Shown: positions 53,020 through 64,000 of the stretch, piece by piece
Layout of the letters: each line of letters begins with the position of its first letter
Numbering within the stretch: the first letter of the stretch is position 1
Origin: Psilocybe cubensis
Lineage: Eukaryota
NCBI GenBank assembly: GCA_017499595.2
Contig: CM039000.1
Location: 1,922,001 to 1,986,000 of the forward strand
Direction of reading: 5' to 3'
Length of the DNA stretch: 64,000 nt
Translations under genes and position numbers: made by a program
The notes under the pieces: generated by a model
What the model was told of the DNA's origin: nothing
What the model saw: only the letters and a program-made list of their open reading frames with translations
Database searches by the model: none

Positions 53020-55175
53020 TGTGGTCAGGAGTCAAAGTACACTAGCATTTACTCGTACGTACGACGTCATACTATTATGAGGTATTAGGGGCTTCCTAGA
53101 TCTTAACTACAGACACCGCTCTCGAACAACAAAAGCGAGGTCAAGATTTTTTCTCGGGTGCTATGGCAAGTTACATAGAGCACTGATATGCCTGGTAGTA
53201 TTACAGTAGTTCATTCGATTCTCATTCAGCATATTGAGGTTTGCCCGTCTAATGCTTAGATGGCGCAATACCCTCCATCTACTCGGATCTCGGACCCCGT
53301 CATGAATTTGGAAGCATCGCTGGCTAGGAAAACGATTGCTCCCTGCAAAGGTAAAGAAATGAACAGAAGGGAGACCTGGCTCCAGAAAGTACATACCGAT
53401 AAATCCTCAGGTTCTCCCAACTTAGTGAAAAGGTCCGCTCAATGTATTACTCTAATATGTCAAAACAAAATACTCACTCGCCCCATTGGTGTAAGCCTTT
53501 CCCAAGTAGCCTGAAACAAGGCTCGTTATTATTCATCCAATGTCAATAAGTAGACCTTCTCCCCGTACCTTGAGTTCACTGTCCTTCTCTAGGATCGTTT
53601 TGGTCAGCTTGGTGGCCATATACCCTGGACTAATTTAAAGGTGGCCCCTGTAAACACGTATTTTCCGCAACGGATGAGTGTGGAGAATCAAAATACCTTA
53701 ATGCATTGACACGAATATTGTGCTTGGCCCATTCAACTGCTAGACTCGCAGCCATATGCTTGACTGCGGCTTTGGATGCATTATATGGAGTTTGGAGCTA
53801 TTCCAAATGAGTTTTATTCGCCTGGATCTAATCATCACTAACCTGTGGTACATTAACAATCTACTTTTTGTCAGCTACTGAGTTGTTCGGCCTTTATGAC
53901 GTAAACGTACATTGGCGCTCATGCTGGATATCAAAATGATGGATCCTCCTCCTTGGGGAATCATGAGGCGCGCCGCCTCGCGAGCTGTATAAAGCACTCC
54001 ATGAACGTTGATGTCGAAGAGACGCTTGATTCGTTCAGCAGGGTAACTAGTGATGTCAACGTAAGGGTATTAGCCCCACTGTATGTATTAGATTGAGATG
54101 CCATGCATACTCAAGTGCTGAATATGTTTCAACGATGCCTGCAGTGTGTACCGTATGAGTGTATCGAGAAGCGTGTAAGATAAATATATGGAACCAGACC
54201 TGCTGAGGCGACGACAGCATCGATCCGCCCGAAAGTATTGAAGATCGCCGCAAACGCTTCTTGCACCGAAGATTCAGATGATACATCGCAACCAATACCT
54301 AGGAATTTGAAGTTTTCGACCGGTAAACCACAAGTTTCTAGTGAGAGGCTTCTTTAAGTCTTTCATGTGAACCAGAAGTAGTAGTCGGTCCACCTGTTGC
54401 AAACTGCAGGAGCTCGAGTGAAGCTTCTTTGCTATCTGCTTCTTTGAGATCCAGGATCGCTAGACTCGTGCACCCTCTTGAGGTACGGCAAAGCTGCAGT
54501 CGGCCTCAATAACTCGGGAAGGTAGGAAGTGTTTCGTACGATTGAATGAACGCCCGACAAAACTCAAGTCCTAAACCTCTCGCTGCGCCTGTCACCATGC
54601 AGACCTTACGGCTATGTTTAAAATTTGCCCAAGATAACGTAGGTACGGTCCTCTCACCTTGCCCTGCATGGAGAAAGACGGTAGCGTTATTGGCTGGTTA
54701 ACCGAGTTAATCGTCATTGTAGGAGCCTTCAAAGCGCACACAAAGTTCCAGTTGGGTGAAGAAGATTGTATCGCGATAGGGGTTTTGGCTGAAAGTGACT
54801 CCTACATAGCTTAGCTCTTATATGGTGATAAAGGTATCATCATGTGCGTGTGGAGAAAGCATATTCGACCCGGAATAAATTACATCGATTCAACACCTCC
54901 AACTGATTAGGTTGAAAGCAAAGATAAGGCGTCTCAAAGTAAAACATCTAAGATTATCCATGATGTATATGTGCAGATAGCGTCGACATAGAAAGTAGGC
55001 CAATAAAAAGAAACATGCAAAATAGAACAGATAAGAGACTGAGGGTATCTACAGTACGGAAGTCGAGAAAAATATTTATACAAAGAGCGGATCTGGTATA
55101 TCGTCCAGAGAATAGTAAAAAGACAGTAAGACAGCAAAGGAATTAAGCGTAAAAAGAAAAGAAAAAGACAAATAA

Positions 55176-58100
55176 TTATAGGCATGCAAATTTTGACTTC
55201 CGTTTCTGCAATTCCTCCATGCGAGAGTCCAGTTGTTGACGAGCCCGTTCTTTGGCTTTGCGTTCTTCGTCGAGACGTTGTTCGAGTGATTGTTTCTCCT
55301 CGACAATAGATCGGCGGACAGTCACCACCTCTCGCTTGGCTTCCGATAGTTCGTTTCGCATCGCTTCGAGTTTGAGGTTCAGAGTATCCCGCTCTCTGGC
55401 AAGTTCTGTTGCCTGCATACGTGCCTTGCGTACTAAAAATGATTGTCATTTTTGATGTCATAAAAAACGTAACGAAAACTTACAATTCTTCTCAGAATCC
55501 CCGAGAGATGTCTCCAAGGTTGTAACAAGGTCCATATGGGTCTGTAAGTCGGTTTCACAATGCGTTAACTGCTTATTCAGAGTTTTGATCATAGCCTCTT
55601 GTTCTTCGATCAACTTCGACTGTTGTTCGATCTTTTGGCTGGTCTTTGGATCCAACTGTGAAATACCGTTTAGTGGGACGTGACCAACTGAAGTTGATGG
55701 TGATTCTGGTTGAGATTCTCTTGAGGACACTGAGGAGTTGAAAGCAGAACTCTGCGACGAGGTGCTCAGATTGGAATCACCATTTAAGTGATGCATTGTT
55801 GCGGTCGCAGATCGGGGAGCGGGTGGAGGTGGGACTGATGGGGGAGGTGTAGGAGGAGGTAGTTTGATAGCAGGAAGATTTGTACCGCGCTGGAAGCCGA
55901 TATTTCGCTCCGACGAGCGTACATTGGGCGGAGAGGCACTACGTGCCAGTTGAGCTTGTAGATCGCGTACCATGGCATCAGACTTATTTTTCTCCGTCTG
56001 AATAACATCCTTTTCATCCTTCACCTTTTGCAAGTTCTCCTGTAAATCAGCTAGAACAGAGCGATGGCGGTCGAGCTCCACTACGAGCGACTCGCGTTTG
56101 GAAGCTTCTTGGATGAGTTTGGATTGCTCGCTACGAGTTTTATTGAGTTCGGCACGTAGTTTTGCAACCTCGCTCTCCAGTTCATCACGCTCTCCACCGA
56201 TAGAAGTAAGACTTGCTTTAAGAGACGCAATTTCTTTATCTTTAGCCACTACCTCCTCTTCGTGAGTTTGTCGGTTCTGCTCACGCAACAAAGTGAATTC
56301 GTCCGCTGCAACCTTGTGTGCCTCGATTTCCTCAACCAACATGTCGCGTTCCCTGCTGAATGCGTCTCGCTCCTCCGCATGCTTCTTCTGTAGTTCGGCA
56401 GTCATAGCACCAAGCTGATCCTGTTGTTGCTGAAGTGCGTTTTTGTGATCAGACTGAAGTGTTTCGATATCTTGCTGATGAGCTTGTCGAAGAGCAGCCA
56501 TACTTGACTCAAGTTTAGATACTTCTTGTCGATGAATAAATTCCATCTCCGAGAGTTCTTTCGCATGCGACTCCAAGACGTCCTTTCGACGTTGGTCATC
56601 CAGCTGCGCACGTTCACTATGCGACTGAAGCTCTTCCTCTGCGCTCTGAAGGCGTTCTTTTGCGAGAGTTAGTTCGGCAACAAGTTTAGAAAGCTCCTGA
56701 TCGTGATTGGTCTCAAGCTCGGCGACTTTGCTCGCATGAGATTGAGATAATGCTTCGCGACTTTGTTCTAACTCTAGGCTAAACTCCTTGACACGTTGAT
56801 CGTGTTTCGCCTGCAGAGCCAAAGTTTCCTCTTGATAGCTCCGTTCGATTTCTTGCAAGATTGTAGCCTGTTGCTCCTGCACAGCCTGTATGGCAGCCTC
56901 GTTCTCTTGCCGAAGCTTGTGAATGATAGCAGCATGTTCATCCCGCTCTGAGACCAAACTTGCCTCCAAACGTTCAACTTCAGTTCGCCAGTCACTCTTT
57001 AACTTGGAAAGAGATGTCTCGTGCTCCAACTTGATCCGATCCATCTGGAGGGAATGATCATCGTCTTTGGCCTTGGAAGTTCGCAGAAAGCCAGCATTGA
57101 GACATTCGATCTCTTCGGCGAAAGCAGCCTCCTTCCTCGCAATAGCAGCAACATGTTCCTCTTGAAGCGTCCTCAACGCTAAGGCGCGATCTGATTCACT
57201 TTGAGAAATAGACCCTTCTTTCGCAATTTCTGCCATACGCAGTTCTCCGGCGTGCTCTTCGCGAAGTCGTTCAATCGTTGCATTGGTTTCAGCGGCCACG
57301 GTTTTGATAGCTTCAACCTGGTCGCCACGCAGTTTGGTGAGAGCATTGTAGTACTCTTCTTCTGTTGACTGCAATGCCGCTGCGGCTTCCTCGTCCTTTT
57401 GACGAAGAGCTGCTGCATGGTCAGCATGAACTTTGGCCAAAACTTTTTCGTGATCCGCACGCGTCTTCTCTAGCATATCGTCTGCCTCCTGAAGTTTTGA
57501 TTGAAGTTCCTTCTCATGCTCTGCCTTGAGTTTGCCAAAAGAGATGGTATGTTCTTCTCTAGCCTTTTCAAGGGAAAGTTTGACCCCTTCCAGCTCGTCA
57601 CGAAGGGTTGTTACAGACGACTCATGCTCATGTTTCATTGCAGTCGTCAATTCCTCCATTTCTTGAGCTTTGGCTTTCATGGCATCTTCATGCGCAGTTC
57701 GAAGCAGATCAATCTCGGCCTTATGAGCGGCTTCGACTTCTTTGAGGGACTCGAGCAGTTCGGTCTCGCGTTTGCGAACTTCTTCCAATAGGGCGAGATC
57801 GTGACTATGATTTTTGTGAAGGGATTCAATTTCTGTAGACATGTTCAAAGTCTGTTTTGCGTCAGGTTTGAAATACAGAATAAGAAGCTAAGAAGCTCAT
57901 ACCTGGTCCCGGTTCAGTGTTGTCAAATCGTCCAATTGACGTCGGGTAAGAGCAAGTTCGGCATTCAGTGCTTCGACCGTATCACGATGGCTAGACTCTT
58001 TCGCAGCCATTGACCTAAAATGTTGGGTGAGAATTAGGTGAAGACTTTTGACATCAATACATACAACATGAGTTCATTCAACCTTTCTAGAGAATCGCCC

Positions 58101-61100
58101 TCAGAAGTTCCAGCTTCGTTCAGACCGTCATGGGCATGCACACTTTCCATTGTCTTCCGAATGTGATCGAAGCGGTTCAAGGTCTTTGGAGACAAAGTAA
58201 AGGCAGGATTTATCCCATTCAATTCGGCGGCACTTTGAGATTCTCCTGCCACCTCAGCAATTGGTTTCTCTGCCTGTTGGATTTCTTTGAGAGATTCTTC
58301 AAGCAAAGTGATCTCCGCTTCGCGTTCCTTAAGAACCTCCTGAAGTCGCATTATTTCCTTTTCTAATGATGAGACCGATCGCTCATTCTGAGTGGAAAGA
58401 CTAGGCATGGAAATGGAAAGACTGGGACGAAGATTTATCGACTGAAGGTTTGACACAGAAAGAGAGTGAGAGTTGGATGGTGAATGTGAGCTACTCGTTC
58501 CGTGGCTTGAAAATGAAGCCTTGCGCAAATGCGCCGAGGATAGCTCCTGCGATAGCGATTGTGATTGCGAAAGCGACCTAAAAGAAATTAGATAGTTTAT
58601 ATTAAATGAAAGGTGTGTTAACCTACCTCGCGTGGAGCGATTCCGCCGAGGCCGCTTGCCGGAAAAAAAGCCGTCGACCAGAAGAATTTAGTTGAGTATC
58701 TGGAGGATCACGTCCCCTTGTTCCAACAAACCTTCGTCTATAAGGTGACGTATCTTGGAGAGGTTTGTCGGAGGCCGGTGATTCTGTAACGGGTTCTGCG
58801 ACGCTGGAACTATTCAGCTTGGCTTCTTGGATTTGGGCGGCCAGGTCTGATATTTCCCTCAATGCATCACGGTACTTGACTGTAATGGAGGACAGGTCGG
58901 CGAGGGTCGCTGTATGAGTTTGCTGCAGGATAAGAAGTTGGTTCTCCAAGTCAGTCGATGGAGATGTAGCGGCAGTATCATTCTCTATGCCATTCGGAGA
59001 GGAAGGGTCAGAGTCCGGTGATGTCTCTGTAGGAGAAACAGGAGTTGGAGGGGCGTTTGCGAGGTCGACTTCTAGGCTTCTTCGAGCCTGCTCAACTTCA
59101 CCAACAACTTCTCCCAGACGAATCCGGGTCTCGCCTGCCTCCCTCTTCCTCTGTTCCCATTCCTTCATCTTCAATTCTAGTTGCTTGAGTCGCAACTCCC
59201 TGGCTTCAAGGTCTGAGCGCCAATTGTCCCCGTCCTGCCTAAAGGCATCCAAACGTGCTTGCAAAGTCTCAGCCTCTTCACGTCGCCGATCGCATTCTTT
59301 CTCCAGACCTTCAACGGTTTTCTGGAGAGCAAGGATCGACTCGTCGGATCGAGATAATCGAGCCTCTAGGTCTGCTATGTATTTGCTAGAATGCGCTTCA
59401 GCTTCTTTGAAGCGGGTCACTTCCCGTTTGAGATCAGACATGGATTCGCTGGAGGACACCGATGTGTCATCATATGTCTTCATTCTTTCCTCCAAATCAC
59501 GCACATAAGCCTAAATCGATGTATAGTGAGCAATAAACAATGTGGTCCAAATTCAACTGTCGTACCTCTGTCGATGCTTCTCTTTCAGTGAGCTTAGAAA
59601 CCCTGGCTCTCAGTTCCTCTACATATAACTCAGTAGCCGCATGCCGCTCCGTGATGGCCGCTAACTCTTCCTCCCTTTCTTCTACCATCTCATTTGTATG
59701 CCTGAGAGCGGCTCTGTTGAGGCTGAGCTCTGCTTCCATGGCACTAATCGTCTTCTCATACTCTTCAATTACAGGGCCCACGATCTCTTCATATTTCCCG
59801 GTTCCACCTACGGCACCAGATGTACTGTTTCTGTGTTTTTCGCCTAGTTCTCTCCTCAGGCGCGTAAGTTCCTCAGTCCGGTCGACATACTTCTCGCGAA
59901 GGTCTTCGTAATTGCTCTGTAGCTCATACATTTGAGCCAGTACTTTCTTTCCCGCGCCTTCAAGTGCCTCTGGTTCTTTATCGGCCGTCGAAAGCGCACC
60001 ACCGTCCTTGATGGCTTTCAACTCTTTGCGAAGACGCGAAACCGTGCCTTGTAACCATTCAATGTCGTCCCATCCATCCTCTTTTTCATTGACAGTGGCG
60101 CGATTCTTGATATTGCGCGCACGATTGGCATATTTCAGGGTGTTGATGGTCTCTCCTGCGTTCCATTCGGCAGGACTAACACACGCGATCATGAGAGTAT
60201 GAGCATTGCCTCCAAGGGAGTCTTGTAGGAGGCGAGTCAACTTGGAATCACGATATGGAACATGACTCGCAGTGTTGGACTTCGCGCGCGCCGGATCGCC
60301 CAAAGCAGAGATAACGTTTCCAAGGGCGAGCAAGCCACTATTAATGGATATTCCCTCTTTGATCCGTTCTCCTGCAGCAGCCGTGCGTTTGAGCTATGCG
60401 ACATACTTAGCTCACTGTAGAAGAGGAAAAAAATTCAGACCTACCCGTTCAGAACCAGCAAGGTCGACGAAATGGAACTTCGACACAATTGTAACCCATT
60501 CGCCCGATTCCTCCTCATTAGCAGCGGTATTTGATCGATCACCCAAATGACCCAGAGCACTAGCTGGCCGAAGACCAATGCCTCTGCCCATGGCTGATGC
60601 GAAACTCGGGGTCGACGGACGGCCTAAAGTGGGAGACGCAACTCTGTTAGCGGAAGGAGAAGGACCACCAGCGTACATGGAACCAGGACGGGCTAGCCTC
60701 GACGGTGAGCGACCACCCGGAGGAAGAGGAGATGAAGACCTCGGGGGTGGGCCAGAACCTGAATACTTCTTTTGGGTTAAAGTGAGAGAAAAAATGGCGT
60801 GAGACCGAGATGATTGTGCGTTCATGTCTGTCTCGTTGGTTCGCCGAATGGAAGTTCCTTTCTTCAGTAGACTATTGAATGACAGTTAGAAATTCGGCTC
60901 ATTCTTGCATTCAAATCCAAACTCACCCCATAACTTCATTGGGATTTCTGACGTTCACCTCGCGAAGCCCTCCCCAGATGATATGACCTTCTTTGTCCTC
61001 TCTTATCTGGACCTCTCGCTTTGCTCCCGTTGGGTCGTCCAGGCTCAACAAATCAATCAAATCTTCGTTATAAATTTCAATAAAGGAACCCTTTAGGTTG

Positions 61101-61664
61101 TAGGTCCAAGTATTTCCTCGCTCCTCTTTAAGCTGTCTTGCAGAAGCAAATATAGAGGAAACGGCCCTTGGGATGATACCCATGCCGTTGTTAGGATCTG
61201 TTGGGTCGAGGTCGAGGTCGACCCCGGTCATGGTAAACGTTTTACCACTACTTGTTTGGCCATAAGCAAGGATAGTGCAGTTAAATCCCTCAACAAAGCG
61301 GGATACAAGGGGTCTCGCGGTGGACTCGAATAGTTCATACTGCGTGGTTGGAGGGGGATGCACTTGGTCGAAGGTGAACACCTGCTTTTTAGAACCGGAC
61401 GCTCCTGAAACAGTAGGTGCAGAAGGTGCGCCAGAGCCTGCTAAAGCGCTAGATGGCGATTCTATAGAGATAGATGTTGAAGAAGTGGCCTGTATTACTG
61501 AGCGTTGGAAACGAGCGGGAATAGAAGTAGAGTCTTGTGTGGTGGGTGGGCGAATACGAAGAGCTGCGGAGAAGGTTAGTACTACTAAGGATTCAAAGAG
61601 GCTATTAGGACGCACCAACTTGTACCGAGGTCGCCGCTGGGGACGACGAGCTCGAGGGGGCCAT
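55176..61664 (-). CDS. Large N-terminal-motor kinesin (kinesin-4-like) with very long coiled-coil tail, ~2000 aa
   Basis: [54 protein letters not shown]; ends RKSKFACL*. Confidence 0.9.
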
Positions 61665-62333
61665 GGCTGCTCTTCTCATCCTCAAGTTTCTCTCCCCCTT
61701 CACAAATCAAGGTGGACGGCATCTTCCGGATTTCTCTGTTTCTCACAACGGTGTGCAACCCCTGTCATATGATCCTTGCAACATATTTTCGTTTCTCTTT
61801 ACTCAGCATTCATCAGCAACGTCTTCCTGGCTATGACTTTCAGGCTGTGGCAGTTGACTGGCGTCTCCCTTGCACTCCCTGTCTATGTTAATGCAGTAGT
61901 TCATCCCCTCAGTTTCAGCTTTTTCAGCCATTCATAATATTGTCCATTGGTTACGCATTGTATTCTGTCCATCAATTTCCCCCAGGGTTGGATGTTGAGA
62001 ATTTGAACAATCTTTTTTTTATTTGTTCAATCTCCATCAAACCGATAGCGACTGATGGTTAAGATCGTATCAAGTAGCGACCTGAAGATTTCAAGACTAT
62101 TTAGCATTTACCCTCCCCGGCGGTCGAGCTTCCGTGTCTCCCCTAGAAACCAAAAAACGTATATGTTTGTATCTATGCTTTATTTCTGGTCATGCCCATA
62201 GCTTTGACCCATAGCGCAAGTAAAACTTTATAAACGGATATCATTTCAAATACATAGACTAAGAGGATAATACTGTATGTGTAGCGCGGTCAAATAATCC
62301 AGTATCGATAATATTAATAAGTAATCAGTACTT

Positions 62334-63776
62334 TCAGAGGAGGGTTTCGCCTGGGTCAATTTTTTGTGAGTATTTTAAACACAATGGAGATAGTAAGAAT
62401 TCCAGACCTAGAGCAGATCGCAACAGGGAGCATCCTACTGCCACCGTCTGTTCTACGCTCGCTTGGTCGGCAAGCGACGGGTTTACTTCCTGAAAGGAAT
62501 TCAGTATCATGCACCGAGTGTCTCCTTATTTAGACAATTTAACTCACCATCAAATCAAGGCCGACAAGCAACCCGGTCTCGTAAATAGCCTCACATATGT
62601 AGTGTCCTTCACGAAAAGTTAATCCTCCTCGAACCTAGAGCAACACGTAAGCGTAAGGAGCGCAACAAGCCTGTTCTGCGCTTACTGGGGTGCCAGTGGA
62701 TGGAGCAACACTAGGATCCAAAGCATCCACATCAAAGCTCAAGTGAATAGGCTTGTCTCTTCCCGGGTTGACATGATCCAAAGCCATTTCAACAACCTTC
62801 CCGATGCCATACTTATCAACTTCGTGCATACTAAAAGCCTTGATGTTGTTATCTCGTAGTATCTTCTTTTCACCAGCATCAACATCTCGTAGACCAATGT
62901 AAACAAGTCGGTTGGCTTTCAAGATAGGTTTGACCCATGAAAACTCTTCCACTTTGGACCCAATTCCAAGAAGGAACGAAACGGGCATGCCATGTATATT
63001 TCCTGGTGCGGGTATCAGCTTGGCGACTTCAAACATCAAAATGAAAAGCACCAGATTCTGTAGAATCGACGGTATTTATATCCGCGTGGGCGTCGATCCA
63101 TACAACACATGCGTCGGGGTATTTTCTGGTGGTATGTGATGTCGCGATTGAGTCTCGTTTTCAGCGCTAATGGCATACAACTCACGAGAGTGTCCCTGAG
63201 ATTGTTCCCATCGCCTAAGGTATGTATCAGATTGCAGCCCTGTCATTTTGCTTCAAAGATTCGACTTGCCAATGAATGGTCCCCACCAAGAGTTACAGGC
63301 AGCTGCCCCTTGGCGGCATGCTCACCGACTACCTGGGCAACGGATTGGGTGACCCGAGACACGAGCCTCGGATTCTTGAGAATACCAATGGGTGGATCGT
63401 GGAGGGCATTGATTTCTTCGAACTGGTGGTGACCGTCGAAAACTACTTTCCACCCTAGGTTTTCCAATTGACCGATGAGGCCAGCTTCAACGAGATGGAT
63501 GGGTCCCTGATCTACTCCTGCCTTTGGCTTGAAATCGGGACTATTAATATTAAGATATATGTAAGTCGATTCATACACTCACCTGGCCGCCGCTTCAGAC
63601 CGTAAGTGGTCAGGTGTTATGTTGTAGGGTATACGGAGGTTGAGAAAACGCTATCGCATACCTGAAAGGACAACCGACGATCTAGCCCCTCGTTAGTGAT
63701 GCCTAATACGCGTCCGCGATAACAAACATACTGCTAGGGTTTTTGGTTCGGGGATGAAGCGCGATTGAGATGCCAT
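62334..63776 (-). CDS. CAR1: Arginase
   Basis: [42 protein letters not shown], ends GETLL*. Confidence 0.95.
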
Positions 63777-64000
63777 GTCAGATAGATTGAGAAAGGGAGC
63801 AAGAGCAAACCAAGCCGTGCGTTATATAGCAAAAGACAAGATCCGGGAGAATGTATGGTAAGCGCGCAGGTTGAGGTTGAAATTCGGAATTGACTACATT
63901 GCTGACGGTGCATTGTGGTGCAGTGCTCGGCGAACCCAAAGATCGGTATAAGTAAGTGTATCTGATAAGCAGCCACGTAGCATCATCCTGTACATATCAT

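Noticed and set aside
54934-55461. 175-aa minus-strand ORF with hydrophobic tail
   Set aside because: Alternative frame of the last kinesin exon running into a T-rich 3' UTR

Overview
Gene-dense, intron-rich eukaryotic DNA from a mushroom-forming basidiomycete (Agaricomycete; inferred from ~50-60 nt GT/GC-AG introns, micro-exons and DUF6699/F-box/WC-2-type families). About 26 protein-coding genes, mostly housekeeping: a mitochondrial carrier (5'-truncated), CCT4, UFD1, NMT1, a DUF6699-like gene, KEX2, MCM7, a DNMT1/Masc2-type DNA methyltransferase, ECM15, an Irs4/Tax4-like EH protein, ATG9, LEU4, GUS1, IPK1, isovaleryl-CoA dehydrogenase, a Zn2Cys6 factor, an F-box-like protein, ATP2, CPD1, a DUF1776-like gene, a BTB-like gene, DAD3, ARC40, a WC-2-like PAS-GATA factor, a ~2000-aa kinesin and arginase. 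CDS spans run start codon to stop codon including introns and were read by eye. Most notable: (1) LEU4 carries a tandemly duplicated subdomain II plus leucine-regulatory domain; (2) a 628-bp non-autonomous hAT-type element with imperfect TIRs and a perfect 8-bp TSD; (3) a GC-rich island at ~19.9-23.9 kb whose G/C skew flips at a 50-bp divergent spacer; (4) DNMT1 and MCM7 share a 198-bp divergent promoter with MCB-like motifs; (5) several GC-AG introns and micro-exons down to 5 nt. I saw no rRNA, tRNA, CRISPR or biosynthetic cluster. Novelty of any finding cannot be established without database searches.
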